A stretch of DNA of 64,000 bases from Pseudomonadota bacterium (GTDB lineage Bacteria; Bdellovibrionota_G; JALEGL01; DATDPG01): NCBI GenBank assembly GCA_043809315.1, contig JAZDDX010000007.1:32001-96000 (forward strand), written 5' to 3'. A program made the position numbers and the translations under genes. Shown one piece after another: positions 47,133-56,329 of this stretch. Position 1 is the first letter of the stretch. The number at the start of each line of letters is the position of its first letter. The notes under the pieces are model-generated. The model was not told the DNA's origin, did no database searches, and saw nothing but the letters and a program-made list of their open reading frames with translations.

Positions 47133-48347
47133 TCAGGAACTTTTCTCGAGCGTGCAGAAATAGAAGCCGTCGCACCCTTCGACGTCGGGGCGGACGGTTC
47201 GCGCCTCCCCGCGCATGCGGAACCGCTTCTCGTCGCTCAGAAATGCTTCCACCACCCCTTCGTTTTCCGGCGCGTGAAGCGTGCAGGTGACGTAGCAGAG
47301 CGCTCCGCCTGTCTTCACCCACTGCGAGTATCGCCGCAGAAGGGTCAGCTGTTTCGCCGGTATCCGGTCCGCGATCTCCGGAATCAGGTTCCACTTCATC
47401 CAGGCCCGTCGCCTAAGTGTCCCCAACCCCGAACAGGGAGCGTCGACGAAAACGAGATCGGCCTTCTCCCGGAACGCCGAAAGCGGCATCGGGTCATCCG
47501 GCGCCACCCAAGCCGTCTTGACGATCGTCGCCCCGGCCCGTTTTGCCCGTTCGGAAAGTTCCTCGAGCGGCCGGGCGTCCGAGTCGGTCGCCAGGACCGA
47601 TCCCTTGTTTTCCATTGACGCCGCGAGCGCGAGCGATTTCCCCCCCGCCCCCGCACAGGCGTCGATGACGGTTTGCCCTGGCTGGGCGCCGGCGGCCAGG
47701 ACAGAGAGCTGACTCCCCTCGTCCTGGATCTCGAACAACCCCTGTCGGAACGCGCGCGTCGAGCGGAGGTTCTTCCGATCCGGAAGATGGAGCGCCACGG
47801 GGGAGTGACTCCCCTCCGTCACTTGAAGCCCCTCCTCGTCGAGGCGGTGGATCAGGTCGGAACGGGTGACCTTGAGCGTGTTCACACGGAACGTGACCGG
47901 CGCCGGCTCGTTGAGGGAGAGCGCCAGCGACACCGCGGAAGAAAAGCCGAACTGCTTCACCCATCGGTCGATGATCCAGGTCGGGTACGAAAGTTCGCGT
48001 GCAAGGGTATCCATCGTCTGCGACGACCAGCGACCGACCGGAGGATTCCCTTTCAGATTCCGCGCCTCGCTTAAGCTCGCGAGGAAACGTCCTTCCTCCA
48101 GATGGGTCGGGGAGATGTCGCCGAAGATCCTCCGACGCCAACGGATCGAATCGTGGAGAAGGGCCGTCAGCTCGCGGCGCGAGTCGGAACGAAGGGATCG
48201 ATTGCGCGTGACCTTCTCGTCGACGAGCCCGGGGAACGAGCCGGGACGCTCGAACGAAACCGCCAGGATCTGTCGCACGGTTTCGAAGTCGGTTTTTCGA
48301 AGCTCCACGACTCCCGAGATCATCTCCCGATCAGGAGGGAGGGTCAA
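47133..48347 (-). CDS. RsmB/NOP-family RNA m5C methyltransferase
   Basis: IQDEGSQ, DACAGAGGK, DAPCSG, YVTC, ENEGVV; start uncertain. Confidence 0.9.
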   Translation of the reverse strand: MTLPPDREMISGVVELRKTDFETVRQILAVSFERPGSFPGLVDEKVTRNRSLRSDSRRELTALLHDSIRWRRRIFGDISPTHLEEGRFLASLSEARNLKGNPPVGRWSSQTMDTLARELSYPTWIIDRWVKQFGFSSAVSLALSLNEPAPVTFRVNTLKVTRSDLIHRLDEEGLQVTEGSHSPVALHLPDRKNLRSTRAFRQGLFEIQDEGSQLSVLAAGAQPGQTVIDACAGAGGKSLALAASMENKGSVLATDSDARPLEELSERAKRAGATIVKTAWVAPDDPMPLSAFREKADLVFVDAPCSGLGTLRRRAWMKWNLIPEIADRIPAKQLTLLRRYSQWVKTGGALCYVTCTLHAPENEGVVEAFLSDEKRFRMRGEARTVRPDVEGCDGFYFCTLEKSS

Positions 48348-50232
48348 TCCAACGACCGTTCCGCCGGATCAGGTCGATCAGGCGGCCGTCCGCCTCGGAC
48401 TCCGGGATCTGCCGTTCGATGCACTCCCGGCCGACATACAGGTTGATGTGGCCGGGGCCGGAACCGACATACCCGAAGTCGGCGTCCGCCATCTCCCCCG
48501 GTCCGTTCACGATGCACCCCATGATCGCAATCTTGAGACCTTTCAAGTGTCCGGTTTGGGAGCGGATCCGCGCCGTCGTCGTCTGGAGATCGAACAGCGT
48601 CCGGCCGCAGGAAGGGCAGGCGATGTACTCGGTCTTCGACATCCGGACGCGCGCGGCTTGCAGGACACCGAACGAAAGACGGTGGTTGAACGAAACCTCC
48701 TCCCGCGAGGAGACCTCCACGCTGTCGCCGATCCCGTCGCAGAGAAGCGATCCGATCTCGGTCGGAACGCGGATCAGGAGGTCGTCCGCCGTGTCTTGAG
48801 AGGAAGCCGTATACCGGAGATGGATCGGCGGCCGGAGCTCTTCCTCGGCCAGCTTCGCCACGGCACTCCGCCCGAGCGAGATCAGCTCTCTCCCTTCGAG
48901 CTCGAGCCCCGCCTGGATCTTCCGGAACCCCCTCAAGAACCGGATCGCCTGGTCGACCTCTTCTTCCTTTGCGGCGCGGATCCAGACGATTCGACCTTCG
49001 AGAGAGTGCGCAAGCTTCTCGGCGTACGCCTTTTCCAGCCAAGCGTTCGACGGACGGATCGATAACTCGTTCGTCCGGAGAGTGGGGGACCTCAAATCCA
49101 GAGGGCGATCGGAGTCGGGGCGTAAAACCGACGAGCAACGGTCGGGAAGATCGATGGGGGAGTCGACTACGGCCGCTTCGATCGGCGGCTCGAGGGTCAC
49201 GAATCGTCCCTTCGGAAGTTCGGTCCGGACCCGGACCGTCTCGCGACCGCCGACCGATTGCGGACCCGCATGGAGCGCCTCGCTCAGACGACGGGCGTAC
49301 GAATAAGGATCCCAGGTCGGATGAACCTCCTTCGTCCCTTTCGATTCGAACCCCCGCTCGTAATGACGAAGGAGCGTGCGAGCCACGGGGATTTCAGCCT
49401 CCGATTCTTCGGTCAGAGAGACCCGGATCGTGTCGCCGAGACCGTCGGACAGGAGGGCGCCGATTCCAAGCGCCGACTTCACCCTGCCCTCTTCCCCGTC
49501 CCCCGCCTCGGTCACGCCGAGATGGAGCGGGTAGTTCATTTTCTCGTCATCCATCCGGGCGACCAGAAGCCGGTAGGCCTGGATCATGACGACCGGGTTC
49601 GAAGCCTTCATCGAGATTACGATTTCGTGAAACCGTTCCTCTTCCGCGATCCGGACGAACTCGAGGGCCGATTCGACCATCCCGAGCGGCGTGTCGCCGA
49701 AGCGGTTCAGGATCCGGTCGGAAAGCGAGCCGTGATTGGTGCCGATCCGGAGCGCCACCCCCCGCTCCTTCGCGCGCCGGACGATCGGAAGAAATGCCGT
49801 CCGGATCCGTGCCAGCTCGCTCTCGTATTCCGAATCGGTGTACTCCCGCGTGACGAATTTTTTCCGGTCGGCCAGGTTCCCCGGGTTGATCCGGACTTTT
49901 TCGACCAAATCACATGCGCGAAGGGCAAGTTCGGGAAGAAAATGGACGTCGGCGGCGAGCGGGACCGTGATCCCGCGTCGTTTCATCTCGACGCGCAGGT
50001 TGGGGAGGTTCTCGACATCCGCCACCCCCGGAGTCGTCACGCGAACGATCTCGCACCCGACGTTCACGAGCCTCTCGATCTGATCGACCGTCCGGATCGT
50101 GTCGGTCGTCGGGGTCGTCGTCATCGACTGAACCACGACCGGATGTTTCCCGCCGATCACGACATTTCCGACCCGGACTTCGCGCGTCAACCTGCGGATG
50201 GGGGAGAGAAACGATGGAACGTATGGGCGCAT
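48331..50232 (-). CDS. ispG: HMBPP synthase IspG (long form)
   Basis: VQSMT, RINPGN, RIGTNHGSL, HLGVTEAG, CPSCGR, MGCIVNGPGE. Confidence 0.96.
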   Translation of the reverse strand: MRPYVPSFLSPIRRLTREVRVGNVVIGGKHPVVVQSMTTTPTTDTIRTVDQIERLVNVGCEIVRVTTPGVADVENLPNLRVEMKRRGITVPLAADVHFLPELALRACDLVEKVRINPGNLADRKKFVTREYTDSEYESELARIRTAFLPIVRRAKERGVALRIGTNHGSLSDRILNRFGDTPLGMVESALEFVRIAEEERFHEIVISMKASNPVVMIQAYRLLVARMDDEKMNYPLHLGVTEAGDGEEGRVKSALGIGALLSDGLGDTIRVSLTEESEAEIPVARTLLRHYERGFESKGTKEVHPTWDPYSYARRLSEALHAGPQSVGGRETVRVRTELPKGRFVTLEPPIEAAVVDSPIDLPDRCSSVLRPDSDRPLDLRSPTLRTNELSIRPSNAWLEKAYAEKLAHSLEGRIVWIRAAKEEEVDQAIRFLRGFRKIQAGLELEGRELISLGRSAVAKLAEEELRPPIHLRYTASSQDTADDLLIRVPTEIGSLLCDGIGDSVEVSSREEVSFNHRLSFGVLQAARVRMSKTEYIACPSCGRTLFDLQTTTARIRSQTGHLKGLKIAIMGCIVNGPGEMADADFGYVGSGPGHINLYVGRECIERQIPESEADGRLIDLIRRNGRWIDPPS

Positions 50233-50321
50233 GATCCCTTCTGCGGCTCCGCCGCCAGGGGAGAAAACACCATCTCTCCCCCTTTTGTAAAGGGGTCCGA
50301 GCCGGGGTACGATCCGCCGCC

Positions 50322-50915
50322 ATGAACCTCCCGCTCAAAGAAGGATCGAAAGATTGGTGGGCCCAGCATTACGCGAAGTCGACCGACCTCCTGTACGGCA
50401 AAGCCCCTTCCCCATTTCTCGCCGACAACCTCTCTCTTCTGCGGAGAGGAGAGACGCTCGATGTCGGATCCGGGGAAGGGAGGAACGCGGTCTACCTGGC
50501 GCAAAAAGGGTTCACGGTGACCGGCCTCGATTTCACCGAGACTGCGATCGAACGGGCGAAAAAACTGGCCGTCGAGACCGGGGTTGCGGCCGAGTTCAAA
50601 TCGCAGGACCTCGATTTCTTTCTGATTCCGCTGATGAAGTACGACACGATCGTGGTTTGCGACTACCACCCGCAGCTGACGCTCATGAAGAATCTCGCCC
50701 GCGGCCTCAATAAGGGGGGAACGCTGCTGGTCGAAGGGTACACCGTGGAACAGCTCCGTCTGGAGCAGGGGATCAAGCCGGAACCGTTCGAATGCTTCCG
50801 GCCGAACGAAGCGCTCGAGCATGTCCGCGAACTGCACTTGGTTTTTTACAACGAACGACAGATCTCGCCGAAAGAGGCGCGCGTCCAGCTGATCGCGCGC
50901 AAGCCGCTCAGGTAA
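50322..50915 (+). CDS. Class I SAM-dependent methyltransferase (TehB-like)
   Basis: LDVGSGEGRNAVYLA. Confidence 0.85.
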   Translation: MNLPLKEGSKDWWAQHYAKSTDLLYGKAPSPFLADNLSLLRRGETLDVGSGEGRNAVYLAQKGFTVTGLDFTETAIERAKKLAVETGVAAEFKSQDLDFFLIPLMKYDTIVVCDYHPQLTLMKNLARGLNKGGTLLVEGYTVEQLRLEQGIKPEPFECFRPNEALEHVRELHLVFYNERQISPKEARVQLIARKPLR

Positions 50916-51309
50916 CCGCTTCGAGCCGCGGCGTAAACGGCGATTCGTTCACGAGCCAGACCGATTTCGGCCGGATCTCCCGCCCCGCGATCTTCGTCTC
51001 CAGAAGGTTCTTTACCGCCGATTCCGTCACCGCGATGTAGAACTCCCACTTCTTCTCCGCGCAATATTTCGACAATGCTTCCAAACGCGGGATCTCTTCG
51101 TCGTCTTCGAACGAATCGGGGGCAATCACTTCGATCAGAAGGCGAGCCTTTCCCTCTTTCCGGAGTGTCGTCACGTCGGGGTAGAACCTCCCGATCAGGT
51201 CGGTCTTCACGTCACTGGAAGGGATCGTGTACTTGAGGAGCCCGTAGCCTGGGTCTCGGTCGATCGTAAGCGCCAGCTGCTTCACATATCCGTCGTGGTC
51301 CAGGTTCAT
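50908..51309 (-). CDS. Hypothetical protein
   Basis: ATG at 51309; YPDV...LLIEV pattern reminiscent of PD-(D/E)xK folds (weak). Confidence 0.5.
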   Translation of the reverse strand: MNLDHDGYVKQLALTIDRDPGYGLLKYTIPSSDVKTDLIGRFYPDVTTLRKEGKARLLIEVIAPDSFEDDEEIPRLEALSKYCAEKKWEFYIAVTESAVKNLLETKIAGREIRPKSVWLVNESPFTPRLEAVT

Positions 51310-51356
51310 GGGGTCTGTCGCTATCAGGGGGAGACTCCGGAAGTCAAAGGGGGCTG

Positions 51357-51659
51357 TCAGTCGCCATTCCGGCTTCCGGCTTTTCCAATCAACCGGATCG
51401 TCAACCGACAATCGACGTATCGCGCAGCTTTCGCCATCGTTTCGAGTGAAATCCCCGTGTGGTCGTTGAACAGCCGTTCCGTCGTGCTGGAACTCCTGAA
51501 GAGCCGCCGGAGACCGCTCTTCTTCTTGTGCATTAACTTCATTCTTCTGTGAAGTTGGTAGGCGAACGCCTTCTTGGCCGCCCTGGCAGCCACCTCCGCG
51601 GATATTCCCTCCTCTTCCAGAAACGTTTCGAACGACGTTCCGACGTGCCTGTGCTTCAT
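51357..51659 (-). CDS. Type II antitoxin, XRE/HigA-like HTH
   Basis: HVGTSFETFLEEEGI; ISLETMAKAA; overlaps the toxin stop. Confidence 0.8.
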   Translation of the reverse strand: MKHRHVGTSFETFLEEEGISAEVAARAAKKAFAYQLHRRMKLMHKKKSGLRRLFRSSSTTERLFNDHTGISLETMAKAARYVDCRLTIRLIGKAGSRNGD

Positions 51660-52075
51660 CTTCTTTCACCCTTCTTTCGATCATTCTCCCGAATCGCTTG
51701 CTGAAGGTTCATCCACAGCTTCATTCGCTTCCACGCCAATTCGATTGTTCCATCGGGTAGTTTTCGACTCTTCTTTGGAACAAAATGCACGAGAATCATT
51801 CGATTCTCATAGACGAAGAACAGTGTGCGATATTCGTTGCCATCGACCCTATGTCGGACTTCATAGACGGTCCTTTCCGTTCTCCGATTCCCCGACCGCA
51901 AACGATCCACATACGGCCGGTCTACTCTCCAGTGTTCCTCTACAAACCGGATATCCGACCCAATTTCCGTACTCGCCGGCTTACCGAGAGCTCTGATCTC
52001 CTCCCGAACCGGCTCATTCCCCGCTTCCGTGCGAAAGAACTCCGCATGGATCTTCTTATCCGTCCGTTCAACCAT
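51656..52075 (-). CDS. Type II toxin, RelE/ParE (Gp49-like) family
   Basis: FFRTEAGNEPVRE, YEVR, YRTLF, LVHFVPKKSRKLP. Confidence 0.82.
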   Translation of the reverse strand: MVERTDKKIHAEFFRTEAGNEPVREEIRALGKPASTEIGSDIRFVEEHWRVDRPYVDRLRSGNRRTERTVYEVRHRVDGNEYRTLFFVYENRMILVHFVPKKSRKLPDGTIELAWKRMKLWMNLQQAIRENDRKKGERR

Positions 52076-52125
52076 TTCGATTGTCCTTTAAAAGAGACAT
52101 CTCGTCAACCCCCTGGCATTACTCC

Positions 52126-53622
52126 TCAGGCGCGGTACTGCAACGCCTCCGCGACATGGGGATGGGAGACTTTCTCGACCTCTTCCAGGTCGGCGATCGT
52201 CCTCGCTACGCGGAGGATCTTGTCGACGCCGCGGGCGGAAAGACCGATCTTCTCGATCGCCCCTTCGAGCAATTTTTCCGACGTCCGATCGAGCGTCACC
52301 TCCTCACGGATCTGCCGGGGGGTAAGCATCCCGTTCCAGAGCGGTTCCCCTTTTCGTCGCTCGAATTGGCGTTCGCGAGCCCGGACGATCCGTCGACGAA
52401 TCACCTCACTTTTTTCGGCGGAGGAGTTCCCCCAGATCTCCCGCCAGGCGGGACGGGGAAGGCTCACGAAGAGATCGAGACGATCGCGGATCGGGCCGGA
52501 GACGTGGTTCCGGTACCGGTCGAGAACGGGGGGAGGACAGACACACGGTTTTGTCGGATCCCCCAAGCCACCGCACGGACAGAGGTTCATCGCCCCGACC
52601 AGAAGAAACCGTCCTGGAAGGCGATGGCTCATTTCCGCACGGCTGACCGTGACGATCCCCTCTTCGAGCGGCTCCCGGAGCGCTTCGACGACATCCCTCC
52701 GGAACTCCGCCATCTCGTCGAGAAAGAGAACCCCGCGGTGCGCGAGGGTGAACTCCCCCGGGCGGAACGGCCTGCCGCCGCCGATCATCCCGGCGATCGA
52801 AGCGTGGTGGTGCGGTGCCCGGAACGGGGGAACCCCCGAGCGGGGGAAAGCCGAATCAAACCCTGCGACGCTATAGATCCGCCGAACGTCGTTTCGCTCC
52901 CCATCCGTCAGCGGAGGAAGGATCGTCGGCAACCGCCGCGCCAGGAGCGTCTTCCCCACCCCCGGCGGCCCTCCCATCAGAACGTTGTGCGCGCCGGCTG
53001 CTGCGATCTCGAGCGATCGCTTCGCGATTTCCTGCCCCCCGACTTCGGAGAAGTCGACCGTGAACGGTTCCGCCGGAGCCTCGAACACGGGCGAAACCCG
53101 GGGGCACGGGATCTCCCCGCGCAACGAGCAAACCAGCTCCCGCAACGAAGTCGGTGCGACGACGGAAATCCCCCCGACCAGCGACGCCTCGCCCGCGCTC
53201 GGTCGCGGGAGGACGATCCCCTTCCACTCGTTCCGCCTCGCGAGATCGGCGTAAGCGAAAGCGCCACGGATCGGACATAGCGTACCGTCCAAGGAGAGCT
53301 CCCCGAGGGCCAGATACCCGTCGGTCGAAGAGGGCGGAATCTCAGACACCGCCAGGAGAAGCCCGAGGGCGATGGTCAGGTCGAGCGCCGCCCCCTCCTT
53401 CCGGATCGACGCGGGGGCCAGGTTCACCGTGACCCGTTTCGGCCCCCAGAAGAAGCCGCTTGCCCGCAGCGCCGAGAGGACCCGATTCCGCCCCTCCTGC
53501 ACCGAGCTGTGCGCCAGCCCGACGATTTCGAACTTCGGAAGTCCCCGGGCGACGTCGGTTTCGACCGTCACAACGAACGGTTCGACCCCTCCTAGGCCCG
53601 CCCCGTAAATCCTGGAGATCAT
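52126..53622 (-). CDS. comM: YifB/ComM Mg-chelatase-like AAA+ ATPase
   Basis: VTVNLAPA, GELSLDG, GPPGVGKT, PFRAPHH, LAHRGVLFLDE, ARTIADL. Confidence 0.93.
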   Translation of the reverse strand: MISRIYGAGLGGVEPFVVTVETDVARGLPKFEIVGLAHSSVQEGRNRVLSALRASGFFWGPKRVTVNLAPASIRKEGAALDLTIALGLLLAVSEIPPSSTDGYLALGELSLDGTLCPIRGAFAYADLARRNEWKGIVLPRPSAGEASLVGGISVVAPTSLRELVCSLRGEIPCPRVSPVFEAPAEPFTVDFSEVGGQEIAKRSLEIAAAGAHNVLMGGPPGVGKTLLARRLPTILPPLTDGERNDVRRIYSVAGFDSAFPRSGVPPFRAPHHHASIAGMIGGGRPFRPGEFTLAHRGVLFLDEMAEFRRDVVEALREPLEEGIVTVSRAEMSHRLPGRFLLVGAMNLCPCGGLGDPTKPCVCPPPVLDRYRNHVSGPIRDRLDLFVSLPRPAWREIWGNSSAEKSEVIRRRIVRARERQFERRKGEPLWNGMLTPRQIREEVTLDRTSEKLLEGAIEKIGLSARGVDKILRVARTIADLEEVEKVSHPHVAEALQYRA

Positions 53623-53637
53623 TCCGATTCGTCGGAA

Positions 53638-53654
53638 AGCAGAAAGGATGCCAA
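53638..53654 (-). promoter_or_regulatory. Putative sigma-54 promoter of comM
   Basis: TTGGCATCCTTTCTGCT = GG-N10-GC. Confidence 0.55.
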
Positions 53655-53718
53655 CCATTCCGTGCGAACGGCGGGAAAGGAGGGGGCGGTTTCCGGTCCC
53701 CGCGGTCCGGATTCCGTC

Positions 53719-54156
53719 CTACTTCTTCTTTTTCTTGGAAGGCTTGTTCTTGAAGATCGGGATCGTGAGCCCCGGGTGGGTCGATTCCTCGCGCGGGGCG
53801 AATTCGACCTCAGCTTCAGTCCGCTCCGACTGTTCGATCGACCGGAGAACCTCCTCGGAGGAGTAATCCTCGAGGCGGACCTCCACGGTCACATCCCCGA
53901 GCTGGAGCCGATCCCCGTGCTTAAGAACCGCCTTGGCCACCCGTTTTCCGTTCAGGATCACGCCGCTCAGGCTCTTCAAGTCGTAAATCGTGTACCCCTC
54001 TTCCCGCTTTTTGACGTGCGCGTGCTGGCGGGAGACCGAGGGATCGCCGATACAGATGTCGTTGATCGACTGGATCCGCCCAATGAAGATGTCCTCGTTC
54101 TCGGTGGAAAACGCGGTTTCCCCTCCGTTCGGCAGGCGGATGATGAATTTCGGCAC
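53719..54156 (-). CDS. FHA domain protein
   Basis: IGR, SVSRQHA, DLKSLSGVILNG, LKHGD. Confidence 0.88.
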   Translation of the reverse strand: MPKFIIRLPNGGETAFSTENEDIFIGRIQSINDICIGDPSVSRQHAHVKKREEGYTIYDLKSLSGVILNGKRVAKAVLKHGDRLQLGDVTVEVRLEDYSSEEVLRSIEQSERTEAEVEFAPREESTHPGLTIPIFKNKPSKKKKK

Positions 54157-54233
54157 GGGAGGATTCTCCCCGGCCTCCCTCCTCTTTGTCAAACCTTCCA
54201 ACCCCCGCGGTTCGGAGGTAGATTGAAGCCCCG

Positions 54234-54641
54234 ATGCGTATCATTCGAACATTCTTCTGGCTCATGACTGCGGCGGTCCTGGTCGGTTCAGGGATCGTCT
54301 TCTACTGGCAGAATTCCCAGGAAATCGTTCTGAAGTTCGCCCACTGGACCTCCCCGCCGAGACCTATGGCTCTCGCAATGATCGTCGCTTTCGCGATCGG
54401 GGTCGTGGCGGCCGGGATTTATTTCTTGATCGACATCCTCCGGTTGCGGGCCCAGCTGCGAAAGGCGCGCCGGTTGGGCGATCTGTTGCAGCGCGAGTTG
54501 GACGCTCTCCGGAACGCCCCCCTCTATGACGAACTCCCCATCCCCTCGGCCCCGGGGCCGGGACCGTTCGACCAGCACTTAACGCACGAGGGACAACCGG
54601 AGGCATCGATCGATCTCATCGACCGGAAGAGGTTCCGGTAG
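54234..54641 (+). CDS. lapA: LapA family membrane protein
   Basis: Two TMs with QN..IVLKF; C-terminal ELDALRN. Confidence 0.75.
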   Translation: MRIIRTFFWLMTAAVLVGSGIVFYWQNSQEIVLKFAHWTSPPRPMALAMIVAFAIGVVAAGIYFLIDILRLRAQLRKARRLGDLLQRELDALRNAPLYDELPIPSAPGPGPFDQHLTHEGQPEASIDLIDRKRFR

Positions 54642-54707
54642 ATGCTTCGGATCGTATCGAAGCGCCCCGACACCTCCCGGCTCCCGATCGAACCGCTCGG
54701 AGGGAGG

Positions 54708-55763
54708 ATGTCGATCTCGTACCGCACCGCCGGGCAGCTCGGGATCGTGTCCGAACTGGAGCCGGTGATCGCGACCCTGATCGCCCGCGTGGAAAAAGAC
54801 CGCGACGCGATCGAGGATTACATTCTGATCGGGCGTCTCCTCCGGATCCGCGGGGAGGCCCGGCGCGCCCTCCGCCTTCACCGGAACCTCACCGTGCGGC
54901 CGAACCTGACCGGCGCGCAGAAGATCTTTCTCTTCACGGAGATCGGGCTCGATGTCGCGGCCTGCCGGGTCAAAGACCGCGGCGAATCCTGGTTCCTGAA
55001 AGCGCTCGCCCTCTCGAAGAGCCATGTCCCCGCCCTCGAAGGGCTGGCCCGCACCTACGAACAGCTCGGATCGCACGACAAGGCGGTCGAGATTCTCGCG
55101 CGCCTGATCCGTCTCGGACGGCCGGAACGGAGCCACCAGGCTCACGTTCTCTGCGAGCTCGCCCTCGCGCATCTCGGCCGGGGAACTGCGGGGCGCGCCA
55201 GGAGAGCGGTCGAGCGCGCGATCCGTTCCGACCCGAACTGCGCCTACGCCTACGTCGTTCTGTCGGACGTCTTCATCGCCGCCCGACGGTACGATCGCGC
55301 GATCGCCGCGCTCCGGTCGTTTCTCGAGCGGTGGCCGGGCTTGAGCTTTCTCGCCCTCCGGCGCCTCGAGGATGTGCATTACCGGATGAACAACTTCCCG
55401 GGATACGAGGACACGCTCCGGTCGATGATCCGGACTTCTCCCGACAATTTCTACATCTACTTTTCCCTGGCGCGTCACCTTCGGAAAAAGCACCGCGACC
55501 GCGAGGCACTGGAATTTCTGAAACGATCCCTCGAGATCAACCCTCTCTACGTGAACTCCCTCCGGGACTCGATTCAACTCTTGGCCGGGGAGAAATCGGG
55601 GGACCTGACGGAGCAAACCGAATCGTTCTTCGAAGCGTTCAAACGCTCCCGAAGATTCGTCTGCCCGAAATGCCTCGAGCGGTACATCCCCGTGACCTGG
55701 AACTGCTCCAAGTGCGGCCACTGGGGATCGTTCGACATCCGCTACGAGCTCCCGGCCCCCTGA
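54708..55763 (+). CDS. lapB: LapB-like TPR protein with C-terminal rubredoxin-like zinc ribbon
   Basis: GEARRALRLHRNL; TPRs; FVCPKC...WNCSKCGHWGS; start uncertain (54642 or 54708). Confidence 0.75.
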   Translation: MSISYRTAGQLGIVSELEPVIATLIARVEKDRDAIEDYILIGRLLRIRGEARRALRLHRNLTVRPNLTGAQKIFLFTEIGLDVAACRVKDRGESWFLKALALSKSHVPALEGLARTYEQLGSHDKAVEILARLIRLGRPERSHQAHVLCELALAHLGRGTAGRARRAVERAIRSDPNCAYAYVVLSDVFIAARRYDRAIAALRSFLERWPGLSFLALRRLEDVHYRMNNFPGYEDTLRSMIRTSPDNFYIYFSLARHLRKKHRDREALEFLKRSLEINPLYVNSLRDSIQLLAGEKSGDLTEQTESFFEAFKRSRRFVCPKCLERYIPVTWNCSKCGHWGSFDIRYELPAP

Positions 55764-56329
55764 TCCGGATCGGGGACCGGTCTCTGGATCGCCAGCAGGT
55801 TCCCGAAGTTGATTGCGAAGTGCATCACCACCGGTGCCAAAAGATTCCCTCGCCAGGCATAGAGACCCCCGAGTGCGAACCCGAGCGTCACGGCGAACAA
55901 CGTCCAGGGGATGAATTTCCGTCCCGGGCCCACGTGAAGGAGGCCGAAAAAGACCGAGGTCGGGACGAATCCGATCACTGCCTGCAGGAAGCCGCGGAAA
56001 AAGAACTCCTCCGCAACGGCGGAAAAGGCCGAAACGAGAAAGATTTCTTCCCGATTCAAGGGGCCCAGAATCTCCCGAAAGAGACGGGCCATCTCACGGA
56101 AGGCGGAAACCCGGCGGGTCAGAACCCGGGTTGCGAAGATTACGATCGCGGCGGCCGCCAGGGCCAGAATCAGGTCGATCCCGTAACGCGCGAGCCGATC
56201 CGGTCCTGCTTCGGGGAAACGGAAACGGTTTTTCGTTCCTCCCAGCCAGACCGCCGCTACGAACAAAACGAAATAGATCCCCCCGAGAAGCCGGACGTTC
56301 ATGCGGGATCCGGAGGGGGATGCGGTCAT
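55742..56329 (-). CDS. CPBP/CAAX intramembrane glutamic endopeptidase
   Basis: AEEFFFRG, FGLLH, MHFAIN. Confidence 0.88.
   Translation of the reverse strand: MTASPSGSRMNVRLLGGIYFVLFVAAVWLGGTKNRFRFPEAGPDRLARYGIDLILALAAAAIVIFATRVLTRRVSAFREMARLFREILGPLNREEIFLVSAFSAVAEEFFFRGFLQAVIGFVPTSVFFGLLHVGPGRKFIPWTLFAVTLGFALGGLYAWRGNLLAPVVMHFAINFGNLLAIQRPVPDPDQGAGSS

Noticed and set aside
54234-55763. In-frame TAG-ATG junction suggesting LapA-LapB readthrough
   Set aside because: LapA looks complete and a purine-rich RBS precedes ATG 54708; no recoding signal is evident
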